Positions 1 to 14,483 are shown, counted from the stretch's first letter. The stretch is DNA of 64,000 bases from Kudoa neothunni (GCA_964304625.1 OZ199838.1:1901927-1965926); one strand, 5' to 3'. Numbers and translations are program-made. Notes: generated by a model from the sequence alone, not told the origin.

Positions 1-95
1 GTAACCAATATCGGATTTAATGAATATAAAAAGAAAGTGTCATTTCGAACATGTAAAAATCATTCTAATCATTGCATCATTCAAATTATATTTAG

Positions 96-1275
96 CTGAT
101 GGTGAAGCATTAACCGAAATTATTTCATCTCCAACCATAAAGGCTGGCAATGCTACATTAACAGCATTTGCAACTCATAATTCTTTGCCAATCTGTAGAA
201 TTTACCTTAAAAAGCATGGTTCTGATGAGCCTAAATATATGGCCACATGTGATGGACTGGGAGCTTGCGAGAATAAATGCGAGAGTGAATTCAAAATTAT
301 CAACCTCGAATTAGGATCAACTTACAATGTAATTGTTGAACCATCTGAGGGGAAAAAAGAGAGGAAGTATAATGTTACAACAAGTATTTGAAATCCAAAA
401 TGCTATGGTTGAGAACATTTTTTAGAGAATCTTGCTATTACTATTACGCATAAGTTGGGTGGAGGAAGTGATTTGGTAATTGAAGTAACATTCGAAGGTA
501 AAGATGAAAATTCAAGGTGTCCGTTCTTCTTGCAGGAAAAAACAGACAACAATCAATCACGACCAACTGTTACATGGTGTAATGATGATGAAGATTGCTT
601 GGCTAATAACTGTATTATCAACGTCAATGCATTGTCAAAGGATAAGGATTACATAATGAAACTAAAAGTGAAGGATCATTCACTATATAATGAACATACT
701 ATTCCGTGTAAATAATTTATTTAAATATTGTAATCTTTATCATCTAATAATATAATTTATGAAGATTCGAGGATGATTCAGGCTACAGGGTAATAAAATT
801 CTAATTATATAATATAATTGTAATTGTTTTTTAGTAAATTTCATCCAAGCCATATTAGATTAAAATATTTATAGAAGAAAATGTGAGGAGCGAGTATGCC
901 AACATCGAGATAGAAGATATCGTTCAACAAGTAGTTAAAATAGTTGAGACAGGGTAAAAAATGTTTTTGTAATATTATCCATAATATATCATTTAGTAAA
1001 TTATAATAAAATCAATTTTACAATATAAATCCTCTAGATAGTAAGAATAAACAAAACTTTGAAGCCGAAAAGAATAGTCAATCGTAATTTTTATATAAAA
1101 TTCATAATTTAACATTAGATAGGTTTGTCAGAATTTACATGTAAAAACATAACTTTGAAGCTATATAAACTTTTTTAGATTATACGCAATGGTATCCGTC
1201 GTAGCTTCACTACTGTTGATTTTATTCGTAGTTATTTATAAGAAGAAATCTAAGGACTATTCTTATGAGCTATAA
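96..1275 (+). CDS. 3' part of a type I membrane protein with tandem Cys-containing FN3-like domains (5' end outside window)
   Basis: Two symmetric phase-1 exons (96-383, 426-707; 42-nt intron), each about 95 aa with 4 Cys and an FN3-like strand motif (IINLELGSTYNVIV / VNALSKDKDYIMKLKV). Last exon 1179-1275 encodes TM LYAMVSVVASLLLILFVVIY plus KKKSKDYSYEL*. Small exons between 765 and 1140 are not resolved. Confidence 0.6.
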
Positions 1276-4262
1276 AGAGAAGGATCCATTCAACGTATAT
1301 CACCTCAATTATTTAATATATTATTAAATAATAAAACAATTATTTATTATTTTTTACGAGTTGAAGTATGTAATTCTACATGATATTTTTCTCGTGACGT
1401 AATTAGTCCAGCTTCAGCGTAATTTTTTTCTTATGGTATAACATTTCTATTTTATTAATCTAAAATATTTGAATTGAATTGAATAATAGAATAAATTGAT
1501 GATTGATTCTTTGATAAAATGGACAATGTGTTGTACAAACTAATATTTGCGCTTTAATATAAAGGAAAGTCCATTTATTAATTTATATTTGTCAATATGT
1601 TTATTAAAGTATACAAAATAAATGCAGAATTCCACGTTTTAATATAATCGAAGGTATTTAAATATCTTAGAAGGAACCCTATTAATTTTAAGGTAAAGTA
1701 TAGATCACATTAGTATACATTGCGAATGAAATATAAACGTTATGGAGAAACCACGTAAATATATTTTGTGAACAATATAACATTTCTAACGGTATTTGAT
1801 GAATATCAAGATCCCGTAGACCATCTTCAACAATAACGATGCTTTTATGACGTTTTCCATGATATCATAATCCGGAAATATATTATTAAATTATTTGTTG
1901 TATGTTCTAATATATAGGGATTTTATAGACGACGATTAGGTACTGAATAGATCATCAATTTTGAATTTATCTATATCAATAAAGATATTGATCAACAAAT
2001 AATTTTGGAATTTTAAATAGCTAGCTAACTATGTCTAATTTAAAATATTTTTGGATTTAATAAAAAAATGTTGAATAGTTAATAAAAATTTTTGGGAATC
2101 TAAATTTTTTATCGATCTGATCCATTTCTTGAGACAATTTTTTGGTACCAATCTAGTTGAAGTAACAATCATTGAGCTTAATCATTAAGCCACAAGATAT
2201 TTTAAATTTATTAAGCTTTAATTATGATCAGGCGTTTACATAGACACATTAATTAAAATAATTAGTTTACTATAGCACCTTATAAATTAATAAATTCGCA
2301 TATATCAATTATTTTTGTATTTATCAAATTAGTGAAGTAATAAATATAGGAATTATTGAAATATATTTTGAATATAAATAAACGTCATAAAATAATTAAT
2401 TAAAAATAATACACCCCTGAACTCTATAGACTTTTGTAACAATTGGAATCAACATCCATATAAACCAGCACTGAACAGTTAACACGATTGTCGATAAAAT
2501 GGCCACAGTAAACAGAGTAGAAATAGCAATTATACACAACAAAATAATTTAAAATGTATTTATAATTTTTTGATTTATATGTGATAAGTAGAATGCTAAT
2601 TGATTGCTTTAATTTCATCATAAAAACATCCACGGCCGTGAATATGTGTTAATGATTTCAAATGCAATTATTAACTCTCCCGTGCTTCTTGTTCATTTAT
2701 AATTTAAATGATCACAATGAAAATTGTATTTCCGTTTCTTTCTATTCTGAACATTTTATCCAAAATCGTTTAAAGATGTAATAACAGTTTTTTATCTAAT
2801 AACAAATTAAAAATAATTTAACGAATTATATCAGTATAACAAGCATTCAAAAATTTGAAAAAGCGTCATTTTAAATAATATAATTTATTTTAAAGCATGA
2901 CCATAATATATCCCTTGTTAAGACAAGACACCATTGTTATTAATATCACTATATGTATATCTATAAAGCTGTTTATATATGGAATTTAGGATCCAGAATG
3001 TTCTAGAAACATCTAGGCCGATGATAGGTTGTTATAGAAGCTTTCAGTGTATTCTATGTTAAACTAGAACCATCTAGAAGCACTAACATTCCTTAATAAC
3101 TTTTTGTTAAAATCTATTATTCGTTATAGTTTAAAAAATATTCACATATATATTTGAAAAGCGGGAAAATTAATATAAACAAGTTGAAAGGGGATAATTT
3201 TTTTATTATCGAATAAAAGATTATTAATATTATTATTACTTATAATTGTATATTGTTTCAGAAAAAATATATATATTAAAACTCAATCAGTTTAAATTTT
3301 TTAAAATATTCAGATATAAATATTTTTTATATGGAATGGCAATCTGCTGTAATTCTTTTTAAAAGCGTTAGCTTAAAATATTTTGAAATATGGTGCAATT
3401 TTAAATATGAGAAGTTGACATCAAAATTGTCGCCTATGCACAAAAATATTGATCGACGTAACGTTACTGATTATATTAAGTCCGTTTTTACAAATCAGTC
3501 AACTGCCACTCTTTCAAAACAAATTTTCAATGCATTTTAGGAACGTTTGAAATTTTTACATTATTTTGAAAGGTGCGATTATTGTTTTTATTTATTTTCC
3601 ACTTTTTAATGTAATTTAACGACAATGGCTGATAACAAAATTTTTATGAGCAGCTTAACTTTTCAGATAATTTAAAAACCATTTTTATGATATATTCTTC
3701 TCGGATTACGAGCAAAAAATTTGGAAACGATAGGGATAAGAGTTTTCTATTGTGTTAATTTATACATTAAATTACTACATATTTAATAGTGTAGAATAAC
3801 TGTTAATTAATTATAAACACATTCCATCTTGATATAAATTTAGTATTATATAAGTAGCAATATTTTTTGATTAATAGTTAGTTAATTCACAGTAACAACA
3901 GAAAAGCATTGAATTTTTTCGAGCGTGGTCTATGAAATAAGCCAAGTTATGATGTTTTTAAATAATTATTCTGTCAAACAAGCTAGATCAAAGCTGAAAC
4001 TGAACCTTATTTTAAGAAAGACTACAAAGGGGTTTCCGAATCGTTTCGTTATGTGTTTATAAATAGTCGATTTCATAGGAAACTTTCATATTGGTATGCA
4101 TACAACTAAAATATTGGGAATAAACAATAATTCTTCTAAATGTTCAAGTATTAATATATTAGATAATAATAATAATAAACAGCAAGTGTCTTCAAGTCAA
4201 AAAAATAAAAAATTTTCTGACGCACTAGAAGAATCATTTCCGCGAATTGAAGAATCATGTAC

Positions 4263-5291
4263 TTAACCTTCTAAGGATTTTGAGGTGAATTTATCCCACC
4301 ACAACTTTTCTTTGATTATTCATCCAAGAAATTTGCTAATTGTTCAAAATGAATTCTCTCTTAGTTCATTATATTAAAAAGATAAATTAAGTTAGAAATT
4401 AAAATAAATACGTCGTAGTTACATTTTTTACTTTTAAAATAGATCGTTTTACTTCCGTGCGTTATCGAAGAATTGGTGACTTATACCGTATTAAGTTTTA
4501 TAAGGATTAGTAATGTGAGTAATATTTTTTCTCTGTACGTAATCTGTCAAACCATACAATATTTACGAATAATTTTAAAACATTTTTTGTTTTAATATAT
4601 TTATCAAAATTCTGGCCTGAATTTTACCCCGAAATATTTGGAAGGTAGTTCATTCTTAGACACTTTAGGGCGGGGGTTCTCAACGGCTTGTTCAAATTTA
4701 CCCCCTTAACTTGGAAACAAAGTTCATATCTATTTAAAGGTTTTTTATTGGTTTGAATAAGGCGGAAGGTATTTTCACGGTAAATTTTAATCCTAAAAAT
4801 TATGTACGTCCGCGTAATGACAATTTTTAATCTCAGAAACTTTTACTAACACGCTGTCTAAAGATTGAGTTTATCAGATTCTACAAAAGTTAATTATTTC
4901 CGAACCTTTTCTGCGCTCTTAGATGCCAGAAATAATTAAAAATAATCAAAATTAGTGGCACGTGAAAATTATTTACTACGGAAATAGCCACTTAAAGTAC
5001 TATTATTATTGAGCTACATCTCTAAAAAATAAATGAGGCAAAACAGAAAGAGATTGATGGCATCTATATAAATAATTGTTAAATGATTATTCCTAACAAT
5101 TTCTTAAGCATTTCTGTCAACTTCTCATTAAGTTTAAATGCCCTAAATAATATAATTCCCTAGACATCATTAAATAAGTCACAAACCGCATTTTGCAAAG
5201 ATTTCACCTATCTAATTTTAATGTTACTTAATTTACCCACTTACATTTAAAATTTACCTCCCGGTTGGGAACCCTTGCTTTAGAGGGTTAA
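4263..5291. mobile_element. piggyBac-family MITE carrying a nested hAT MITE
   Basis: TTAA at 4263-4266 followed by CCTTCTAAG; right end TAGAGGG-TTAA (TTAA 5288-5291); 4263-4665 aligns with the MITE at 43930-44261. Confidence 0.8.
4671..5277. mobile_element. hAT (Charlie/SPIN-like) MITE
   Basis: TIRs CGGGGGTTCTCAAC (4671) and GTTGGGAACCCTTG (5264-5277); 8-bp TSD ctttaggg/ctttagag (7/8 match). Confidence 0.8.
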
Positions 5292-6684
5292 GGAACAATC
5301 GCGAAACGAATCCATACTTATAAATTAAATTGATGGGGGAGTTAGAACTACTTCACCTTCTGATTGTCTAGGATATTAAAAAAATGTTCCTTTTTCTCGT
5401 CAGTTACCTTAATAAAGATATAACAATGGAATAAAACATTTTCTTATAGTTATGTATTATTTTATTTTGATTTTCTCCGTGTCTAAACAAAATATAATTT
5501 ATTATGTTTAATAGTGTATTCATTAATTTAAGTCAATGTAGACGGAAAAGCTTGGAAACCCTATAACTGCTGTTATTAACATAGCACAGATGCAATCTCA
5601 AGCATTTACATACAAAATAGTACTAACACTTAGGTAATAAAATAGTCATTAACATTAATTTCCATCGGGTAAACTTATCAAACAAAATCAGACGTTCAAG
5701 TCCAACTGGCATGAATTAAATACAATAAGAATGTAATTTGTGGACATAAAAAATACGCATTATCTTACTACTTATATATAATTGTTTAGGTATTTTAATA
5801 GAATAACTATTTAATTTAATATTGCCGCATAACTACATTTGGAAGATAAGAGTAAAATAGGAGAGTCAAATCAATAACCAGTACAGAAAAACTAGGAAGA
5901 AAATACGAAAAATAAGAATTAGATCGGAAAAATTTTAATACAAATATTTTATACGACCTTGGAGAGCTTTACAATCATTTTATATGAACAAATTAGAGCA
6001 TGTACATTCGATGGAAAGCAAGCGCGAAAAAAACGCGAACTTTTTAGAACCAATTATATTATAGCAAAAAAATAAAAATGACGAACTTGCATATATTTAG
6101 AGAATAAATATAATAAATATTGATTATTATTTATATTTGGAAGATATTTAAAAATAAGACCAACCATTCAATTCATATATAGAGCACTTTGATCAAGCCA
6201 AAACGATGAGAAAGCAAAACCATGTAATAGAATAGTCTGCCAAACTTAAAATTCTTATAAAAATTCTAATAATCACTTCAAAAAGGTGAAATTAATTATT
6301 CAGTTTAGGCTTACAATAATCACATACAGAAATTAAGAAAAAAAACCAAATCTGAAAGAATCTCCTCATGATGATGTTTGACTGAGAACACAAACCTACG
6401 GCTCGAGACGAAATCAACAAATAACTATATTCAAACCTAATAGTAACATAAAAAGGGGAATCTCAAATCTAAGAAGACACCTCAATATTCGATAAAATCT
6501 ATTACGAGAGGTTGCCACAAGAACACAACTTAGAAATCAACACAAACGTGGTGGTATACACATGCAACGCGATCAGAAAATAATTTCATAACACATCAAC
6601 CAAGGTGAAACATTGAAAATAGAACAAATATATTCATAGGCCGGTGTTAACGTAGATAAAGGAGGAAACGCCCCCACAGAATTA

Positions 6685-8375
6685 TTATCTACGATACCTA
6701 CGATAGTCATCAGGTTCTCTATCATAATTTGGACGACGGGGAAGAGAAGTGTTATTATTCTGGTAATAATTAGGATTGGGGTATCCTCGACTATGTGAGG
6801 CAGGCGGATGTGTGTACATAGATTCTTGAGGATTAGCATAATAATGAGAATTCGAAGGTGGGGGTGGCTGGTAATAGCTCTCATATGGGCCACCATTCGC
6901 ACCACCGCTATACCTGGAATCTCTTTCGTAATATCTATCGGAGTGATAGTCACGGGGATAACGAGGAGGGGGAACATAGTTGTTTGGGGGTTTACGATAC
7001 GGATGTTCGTGGAAGTTGGCTCGAGTATTATTGACGGTCGATCTGTTATATGGTTGAGGTGGATAATCTCTACGAGGCCTAGATGCTAACCGATATGCAT
7101 TATTGGACGGGGGTGAATTATGACGTCGACTAACGCCACGGTTATCATTAGACGACCACTCATTAGAGCTGTTATCCTTCGGTTTACCATACTCAATGAT
7201 AACAGCTCGTCCATCAATCACCAAATCCTCGGCCGACTTTTTAGCTTCCTGAGCCAACTTATACGAGGGAAACTCCACAAAAGCTATTCCACGACAATCC
7301 CCAATATCGCTCCGCATCACTCGTATGTCAGTGGTATTGTGGAAATGTTGTCTCAACACAGTGGTTGTACAATTTTTCGGCAGATTACGTAGGAACAGGA
7401 CATTAGATTTTTGATCGCTCGCCCTACTAAACGCCTTACCGGTGGCCGTGGCAACAACTGCTCGGCAACCCTTAAACATAATAGAATTCATTTTCAAAGC
7501 TTGGTTGAATTCCTCCACTGTGGAAAAACTAACAAAGCCATAACCTTGTGCACGTCCTCTTTTCAGGGGAACGTATGTGTCGGTAACATTGAATCCTTTT
7601 TTTACAAAATATTCTCTAATATCTTCTGCTGTTGTTTCAATTGGGATAGGTTTCAAAAACATTCGAGTTGCATCATAATCATCAACCGATACCACGGATT
7701 TGGAAGCACTAGCAGTATCTGCAGTCTCAATAGTTGAAGTGGTGACTTGACCCTCAGTAGATGTGGTGGTGGTTTCCGCCGAAGTAGTTAATGAGACAGT
7801 AACAGCAGGTGCAGAAGCAGTAGTAATAGTTGGTTTAGATTCGGGCTCAGATGATACTACAGCTATAGATCGAACAGTTTCAGGTTGATTTTTATCATCG
7901 TGTTCAATACTACTATCGTGGTGGCTGGCATCAACCGGTTGTGAAGGTTCACATTTTGTTGGTTGATCATTTGTTTCGATATCATCAGTATAGGGGTATT
8001 CAATTATTTTTACATCGTCGTCATAGTCCACGAAACTACTCTCATCGCTAGATGTCGAACTTGAGTCACTTTCTGAAGTTGATTCTAATCAAGTGAGAGT
8101 CGAATTAAGGTAAGCAAATAAGAAGTGCTACCTTCGGATCTTATGGGTGAATCCTGCTTAGGTACAACTTCAACAATTGGACTTTCAACTAAAATCTCTT
8201 GGTTCTCAATCTCATTCGTAGGAATTTCTTCTACATGTGGCTCAACAACTTCTATTTCGACAGGTTGAGTTTTCTTTCGATTTGCGGTGGCTGTTTTTCT
8301 ACCCCTCTAAAATACAATCGTTAAATGGGTTTGAGAATTGCTAATAGGAACCGCTCTCTTTCTAGAAGCAGCCAT
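6685..8375 (-). CDS. nucleolin-like two-RRM RNA-binding protein
   Basis: Exons about 8375-8352, 8307-8132 and 8084-6685. Basic N-terminus, acidic Ser/Thr tract, RNP1 motifs QGYGFVSF and RGIAFVEF; the second RRM resembles nucleolin RRM2 (NLP...DIR...GIA.EF...IDGR). Y/N/P/R-rich tail. Confidence 0.75.
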
Positions 8376-10342
8376 TTCCTTATATGCGTGCGCGTACCGC
8401 ACTATTTGCCAGATTGATTCTAGTATTTCGCAATTATAACTTTTCTTGTATTATAATTCAACTATATTTTATATATGACGATGATTCTCGGCCATTAAGA
8501 TATTTAGAGTCTTTTTTGAAGAGAGATCAATGATATACATGTTTGCGCATGACAAGAAATAATTAATTAGCGAGATTAATAATAATCACCACCCTTTCGG
8601 AATTAATTTTAATATATTTGACAGGCTAATTACTACTTTTTGAATTTTATGGCGTTAATACTGCCATAGTGAAATCTCAAAGTAACAAATGCACGTGGGC
8701 GAAAATCGATAATAGTGAATGTTGCATGTTACGAGCGTTCGAACCGTCCATTGCACGTGTAAAAAATACACCAATGACAAAAAACGATATACTAAATAGA
8801 ACCACTTGGTTAAATAGATAACAAGTCAATTCTCAATATATTTAAAATTACGTCACCCTCATAATACAACATATATAGGATAGTCTAATTTATGCATACT
8901 ACACATTAAAGTGAATAATTATATTAATTATCATAATATAAATAAGCACACATATTAATTTCAGAGTGCATTCGTGGGTAAATGATAATGCGACTAATGA
9001 GAGTGTATTCTAAATTATTTGAGAACTGGGAAAATACACGAATGAACAATCATTTTTTATTAATTCGCCCTTTTCGCGCGCGCGAAAGTTCTATAATGTT
9101 GATTTCTTTTTCTAAATTTTTTATTTTTGGTAAACTATTTAAAATATATAGCTTTGTAAAAATATATCCATGTATTCGTTTTCATGACATTTGTGATTAG
9201 TAGTTAGCAGTTAGATGGTCTTCTGGGGGCATTCGTGAAATATATAATTCCAAAAATGCAGTCAGATGTACATATTCTGTATTTCATATTTTAATACAAA
9301 TTGAATGGACATAATTTTAGAATATAAGACCAGTCAAAATTTGGTTTTATTTTCAATACTAAAATGTTGCTGATAATCCAACATCGATAACATTGTGCAT
9401 AATATAATGCACATTGTTGTAGTTTGGTTTTCTGCCTGTATTCTACTCAAAATAAACTCATTTTTTATTAAATAAATATTTCTATCAGCACTAAAATTAA
9501 AATAAGTTCAATCAGATCAAACTTAATTTACCGATGAATCTTATAAATTAACATCTTTAGTTCTTTATTACTATAAAAACAGTATCAAATGAAACTCGTG
9601 GTAATCCAACCTTCATTGGAGAACACTTTTATGTATACAGGGCTAATGAACCAAAAATAAATAATATAAATACAAAATTAATCAATATTATATTAGGTTT
9701 AATCAAAAATGGGGGTATACGATTCGAAATGAGACAAGATTGAGATTTAAACCATTCTGATTCTGATTCTATTTAGGTGAGAGGCACGTTAGATATTATT
9801 ATTAATTTTTACATTATTAATCTTTTATTTTTTATGATATTAATCGTCACTTAAAAATCAGCGATATTGGCTTCAAAGTAAGTCATAATGTTTAATTATC
9901 TAATTATTATCCGTTTCACACCAATACTCAAGATCTATTGCGTCCCACCAGGGCGGCTCATTAAACGTTTGAAAATTTCTATGCCCTACAAAAATTTTAT
10001 AATGTCCCACCGGTGACTAGTGAGGCTTGCGAAACATTGCTTTACATACATGAGATAACGATTATAAGATCGTTCTCCAATTGTTAAAATAAAATAAGTG
10101 TGAACGATATTTTAATATGTATAAATTATACACCATCACTCAGTGAAATGGTCAAAACAACAAAGTTTACGAATAACATGTGAACAAGAGAATACATAGA
10201 AAGCTATCTGAATAATTAAGCAAACGCAAATGCGAGTAAAATAAATAAGTTCAATAATCGATCCAACTCAAAATTTGAATAAAAATTATTTATAACATTA
10301 AACGCTAACTTCAGTCCAACTAATCACACAGACAGCCAACTG

Positions 10343-12118
10343 CTAACCGTCGGTCATATCTAAAGCTTCCAATTCTTTTTCCAAAAGCTCTTCATCAATA
10401 ACACCGTCATCATTACCAGTCGGTTTGTTCTTGTCTTGTTTTTTCAGTTGTTCCTCAAAATCTTTGTTAGAGAGAAACAACATAGCTTCACGTTGTTTGG
10501 GGTTAAGTGAGCTGGCGAAAGTAGCTCGATCGTCAGGAACGGATTTTTCTTTTGTTGCAAACTTGTCGTTATCAATATCGACAATTTTAACGCTGGCTTC
10601 TGGTTCATGATCATGTTCCTATTTTAATCACTTAGATGATCAACTCCTTGTAAATAAAAATTGGAACTTCGCGTGCATAAATATCATCATTTTTATCGGT
10701 GATTTCATCGTCGTCTTGGTTAGCCAAATTTGGATCGAACGTAAATATTTCTTTTCCACTAATCTAAAGTTTTCTCATGTATTAATTAAGAAATAGGATT
10801 TTTGGGTGATACCTTGCTGGTGATTTTACCGGATAAAATCTCCATTTTCTTCTTTTGTTGGTCCTTGGAAAGCTCAGCTCTTTTCTGTTCAATCTATAAG
10901 TGGGTTGAAAGAAAGATTACAGATATTCATAACGTAAAATCTATTACAATTTTACGTTTCCATTGTCTAAAAGTTTCCTCATTCACCGGTGTCAAATTAT
11001 CACCAAGGTTGTATCGCTAATATTAATATTATCCTCGGAAACAACACAATCCGTCAAAACCTCTTCTTCTACCATCTCTTCAATAGATATGGTGGGTCCA
11101 ACGTTCTCGTTGGATTTAGCACGATCTTTCTTCAGCACATATCCAGGAGGAAGCGCGTGTCGATATTGACAATTATCGCCATTGTTAGGACACACCCAAA
11201 ACCATCCATATGTTTCCTTTTCGACAGCATCAAGAAAATATTTACATACCTATATTAATATATGAGAAACCAGAATGACACATGATAACAGTGGGTGTAA
11301 TAGCATACAATTTCTGTCTTATTGGAGGTGTTTTTGCCGCCATGTTTTTTCTGTATAACATCTTCCAACTCAGATTGAGTCCAATTAGAGGAGGTTTCAT
11401 CTTAAATGTTCGATTGGTTTAAAAGCCAATCTTTCCTGTCATTTATTACCTTGTCGTGTGTCCTGATAGAGATCTTTCTTCTCGCTTTTCCTCACAACAC
11501 TTGGGTCATGTGAGTAGATACACTTGTCACCTTTTTTACATAGGCCATGTTTAAAGTGTGGACAAAAAATCGATTTCGGGTCGACTCCTACCAGTATCAT
11601 CAACCATAAAACGGCAAAAGAAGCATCAAAATACCTGGATTAACTTTCGGTTTATCTATAACCACTTTAAACATTGAATTCATTTCGTCTTGTTCCTTTT
11701 TAGCAGCTTCCATCATTTTTTTCTAACAACCCAGTCATTTACAGTTAAACAATAGTTAAGATAACCCTTTGTATTTCTGCTTGTTGCTTTTTGGTTAGAA
11801 AAAAATAAGTCAGTTCCATCCATCTCCAAAAATTATTACCTCTTTATGTGATTTGTTTCCTTGAACCTAGTCAAACGTTGTATAAAGTAGATCGATCTAA
11901 CTAATAAACAAGCCAAAAATTCATTACTTGCTGTTGGACATTTTTGATGTATTGCTGTTGCTTTTTCCCTTTTTTGTTCTTCAACCCAAAAGTCTTGTCC
12001 TGTTACATCACATTTAATATTCCATTGTTACGTATCGAGGTAATTATCCTACTTCAATAATCTTTTGCCTGGCTTTATCCTGCGTTTTCTTGCTAGGGGC
12101 GTTTCCTTTCGGGGGCAT
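10343..12118 (-). CDS. ZC3H15: zinc finger CCCH domain-containing protein 15 (DFRP1/Tma46)
   Basis: [11 protein letters not shown]...[20 protein letters not shown]; two CCCH fingers ([19 protein letters not shown]; CKYFLDAVE...[22 protein letters not shown]); many short introns. 3' end is approximate. Confidence 0.92.
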
Positions 12119-14483
12119 GTTACTACGGTGACAGCCTAAACTCTCTTTGCTCAAACCAGCTAATCCTCGTGTTACTGTCGTGAAATTTTATAATCAGCCC
12201 TTAACTTTTTACTTCGTCGAAAAACTATTAATTAAATTTTTTAAGTTGTTTTATGAGTTTATCATCAAAAGTACTGTGTTGTAGGTTGATTAAAACGAAC
12301 TTATAAAAACTAACACCAGTATTAGGCATGCGCCCTAAGTAGCAACAAAGCTGATCACAGACCTTTTTGCTCTCGTGGGAAGTTTATAATTTTTGATAAT
12401 TTAATATAGAATATTTGTGTTTTTATTTGATCTGATTTTAAGTTATAATATCTATACCTATATGGTATCCAAATGGAGCATTTGATTCCCTAGTACATGT
12501 TGATCTTAATGAAGATATCTCCAATTGAGCTCATTTTTTAACTCTGTTATGAACCATTTATTATATTGATTTCAGAATTAAATGATTACGTTGTATTATT
12601 TTCCAATGAATACTAGTATGAAATGGGATATTTTAGGGACACAATTTAAATGATATTAAGAATTTATAAAATTAAAATATTTTTATTTCATATTCTTGCT
12701 GTTGATATTTAACTTAAACATTATTTAAGTTAAAAACATCTTGTTTGTGACAAGTGAATGAATTATTTATGTAATACAAATGTTTTCTTTGGAATTAATA
12801 TATTTATTGATTTTCATTATAACAACGAATAAATGTTGTAGTAATTCTGATAATTAGTATAAAATATATTTTTCATTGTGTTAAAGTAGAGTAAATGGGA
12901 ATACTTTCTATTAGTATAATTGAGAACTCGCAATTTACTTCTATTTTTTACATTATGATAATGAATAAAGTGCGAGGAAGAAATTAAAAGAGTATATACA
13001 AGAATACTCGTTTTTTTTAATTGAAGAGGATTTGTTTACAAATAAAAAGCATTGAAAAATTTTACCATAGAATTTTTTAGTGGGAGCTTAGAAATATATA
13101 ATTTATCTGGATTTACACAATTTATTATCAAAATTTGTTAATGAATGTGATGTTAAAAAACCAAAATTCTAATTTTGTGAAAAGCATTAAGTTTGAGAAT
13201 AAATTTGGAAGTAAATCTTGAATTAAGTTACTCAACTATTGTCTGTTTCTTTTTTATTAGGCATATTTTTATTTTAATTAAACGTGTGAACTTTAATATA
13301 AATTAATTAAATTAATTAATTAATGAAGAAAATGATAGTGAATAATATATTCTCTAAATTTTTAGAGCTTAACATTTTGCTCATTTTATTATGTAAGAAT
13401 ATGTTTTAATAGCTTAGGGTAGAAAAATTTTGCAATAATTAATAAACTTTTGTGTGTTCAGTAACGAGTTTGTAATTGAGAGTTATTATGCGAATTTTCA
13501 ACCATTTTATCTGTAATATTTTAATATTTCGATCATAAAAGTTATATTTAAAAATATTTTTCGTTATTTAAGCTGAAAAAAGGCTTCAAGTGTAGTATAA
13601 AAATTCAACAATTGATATAAAATTACCAAATTGAATACAAAATTATGATTCAATTATTTAGAATTAAAAAAAGTATGAAATGGGTGACGTGTAGTTCGTA
13701 ATTAGAGAAAAAAATTACAAAATTAACGTATATATATATAAGATTATATTAAGTTATTTATTTCTTTAGCTATATAAAAACATTTATTTGACCGTTAAGA
13801 ATATAAATAAAAATTTTTTAAATTAATTAATTATGTTTTTTATGGATTACTTTGTAGTGACGTGTGGTTCGTTAAATATCAAGTGCGTTGAGATTTTCGT
13901 TTTCAGTTAGTGGCGGGATGGAGGACAGAAATAAAAATTTAGTTATGATATTAAAAGAGAAATATGCAATAATAAAGTCTTTCAAAAACTAATGAAAGTA
14001 TGGGCGGAGACAATATTGAAAACGCCGCCAATATTAGTGATTTTATAAGTGATGGTAACCGTTATAGAGATGAAAAATTTCGTAAATATGACTATAAAGC
14101 ATAATATTTTATTCCGTTCTAAATTGCCTCTATCATTTGTCCGATTTAAGACATTATTTGAAATATCAAAGTTGAAATAGATATAAACATAAAACAGATA
14201 TTGAACGAGAAGTATACAATATAATTGCCATAAAACTTAAAAATATTACTAACTGACTAATTTTCTCCAAAATAATTTATCATTATAGTTGATTCATCAC
14301 ACAGTAATATTGCACGGGAAATCTTAGAAATTACGAACCACCCGGCATCCACTGTAGTCCGCTATTTTAACAAATAATTGATCTTAAAAATTCTTTTAAA
14401 AAATAATTTACTTTATATTTTGAATTTTATCTTTCATAAAATCACAGTTTATATTAGTTGAATTCGCAAACCGATCTATTATT

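Noticed and set aside
3331-4260. Coding-like stretch with a 69-aa ORF
   Set aside because: Interrupted by stops and no family recognised; possibly an old transposon relic.
6368-6385. C/D snoRNA-like ATGATGA...CTGA
   Set aside because: The boxes are only about 7 nt apart, leaving no room for a guide sequence.
6573-7737. Overlapping ORFs over the RRM gene
   Set aside because: Shadows of a relatively GC-rich, low-complexity exon; no recognisable motifs.
9942-10011. 8-bp direct repeat GTCCCACC around CAGGGCGGCTC
   Set aside because: Could be a tiny hAT remnant, but there is no second TIR.
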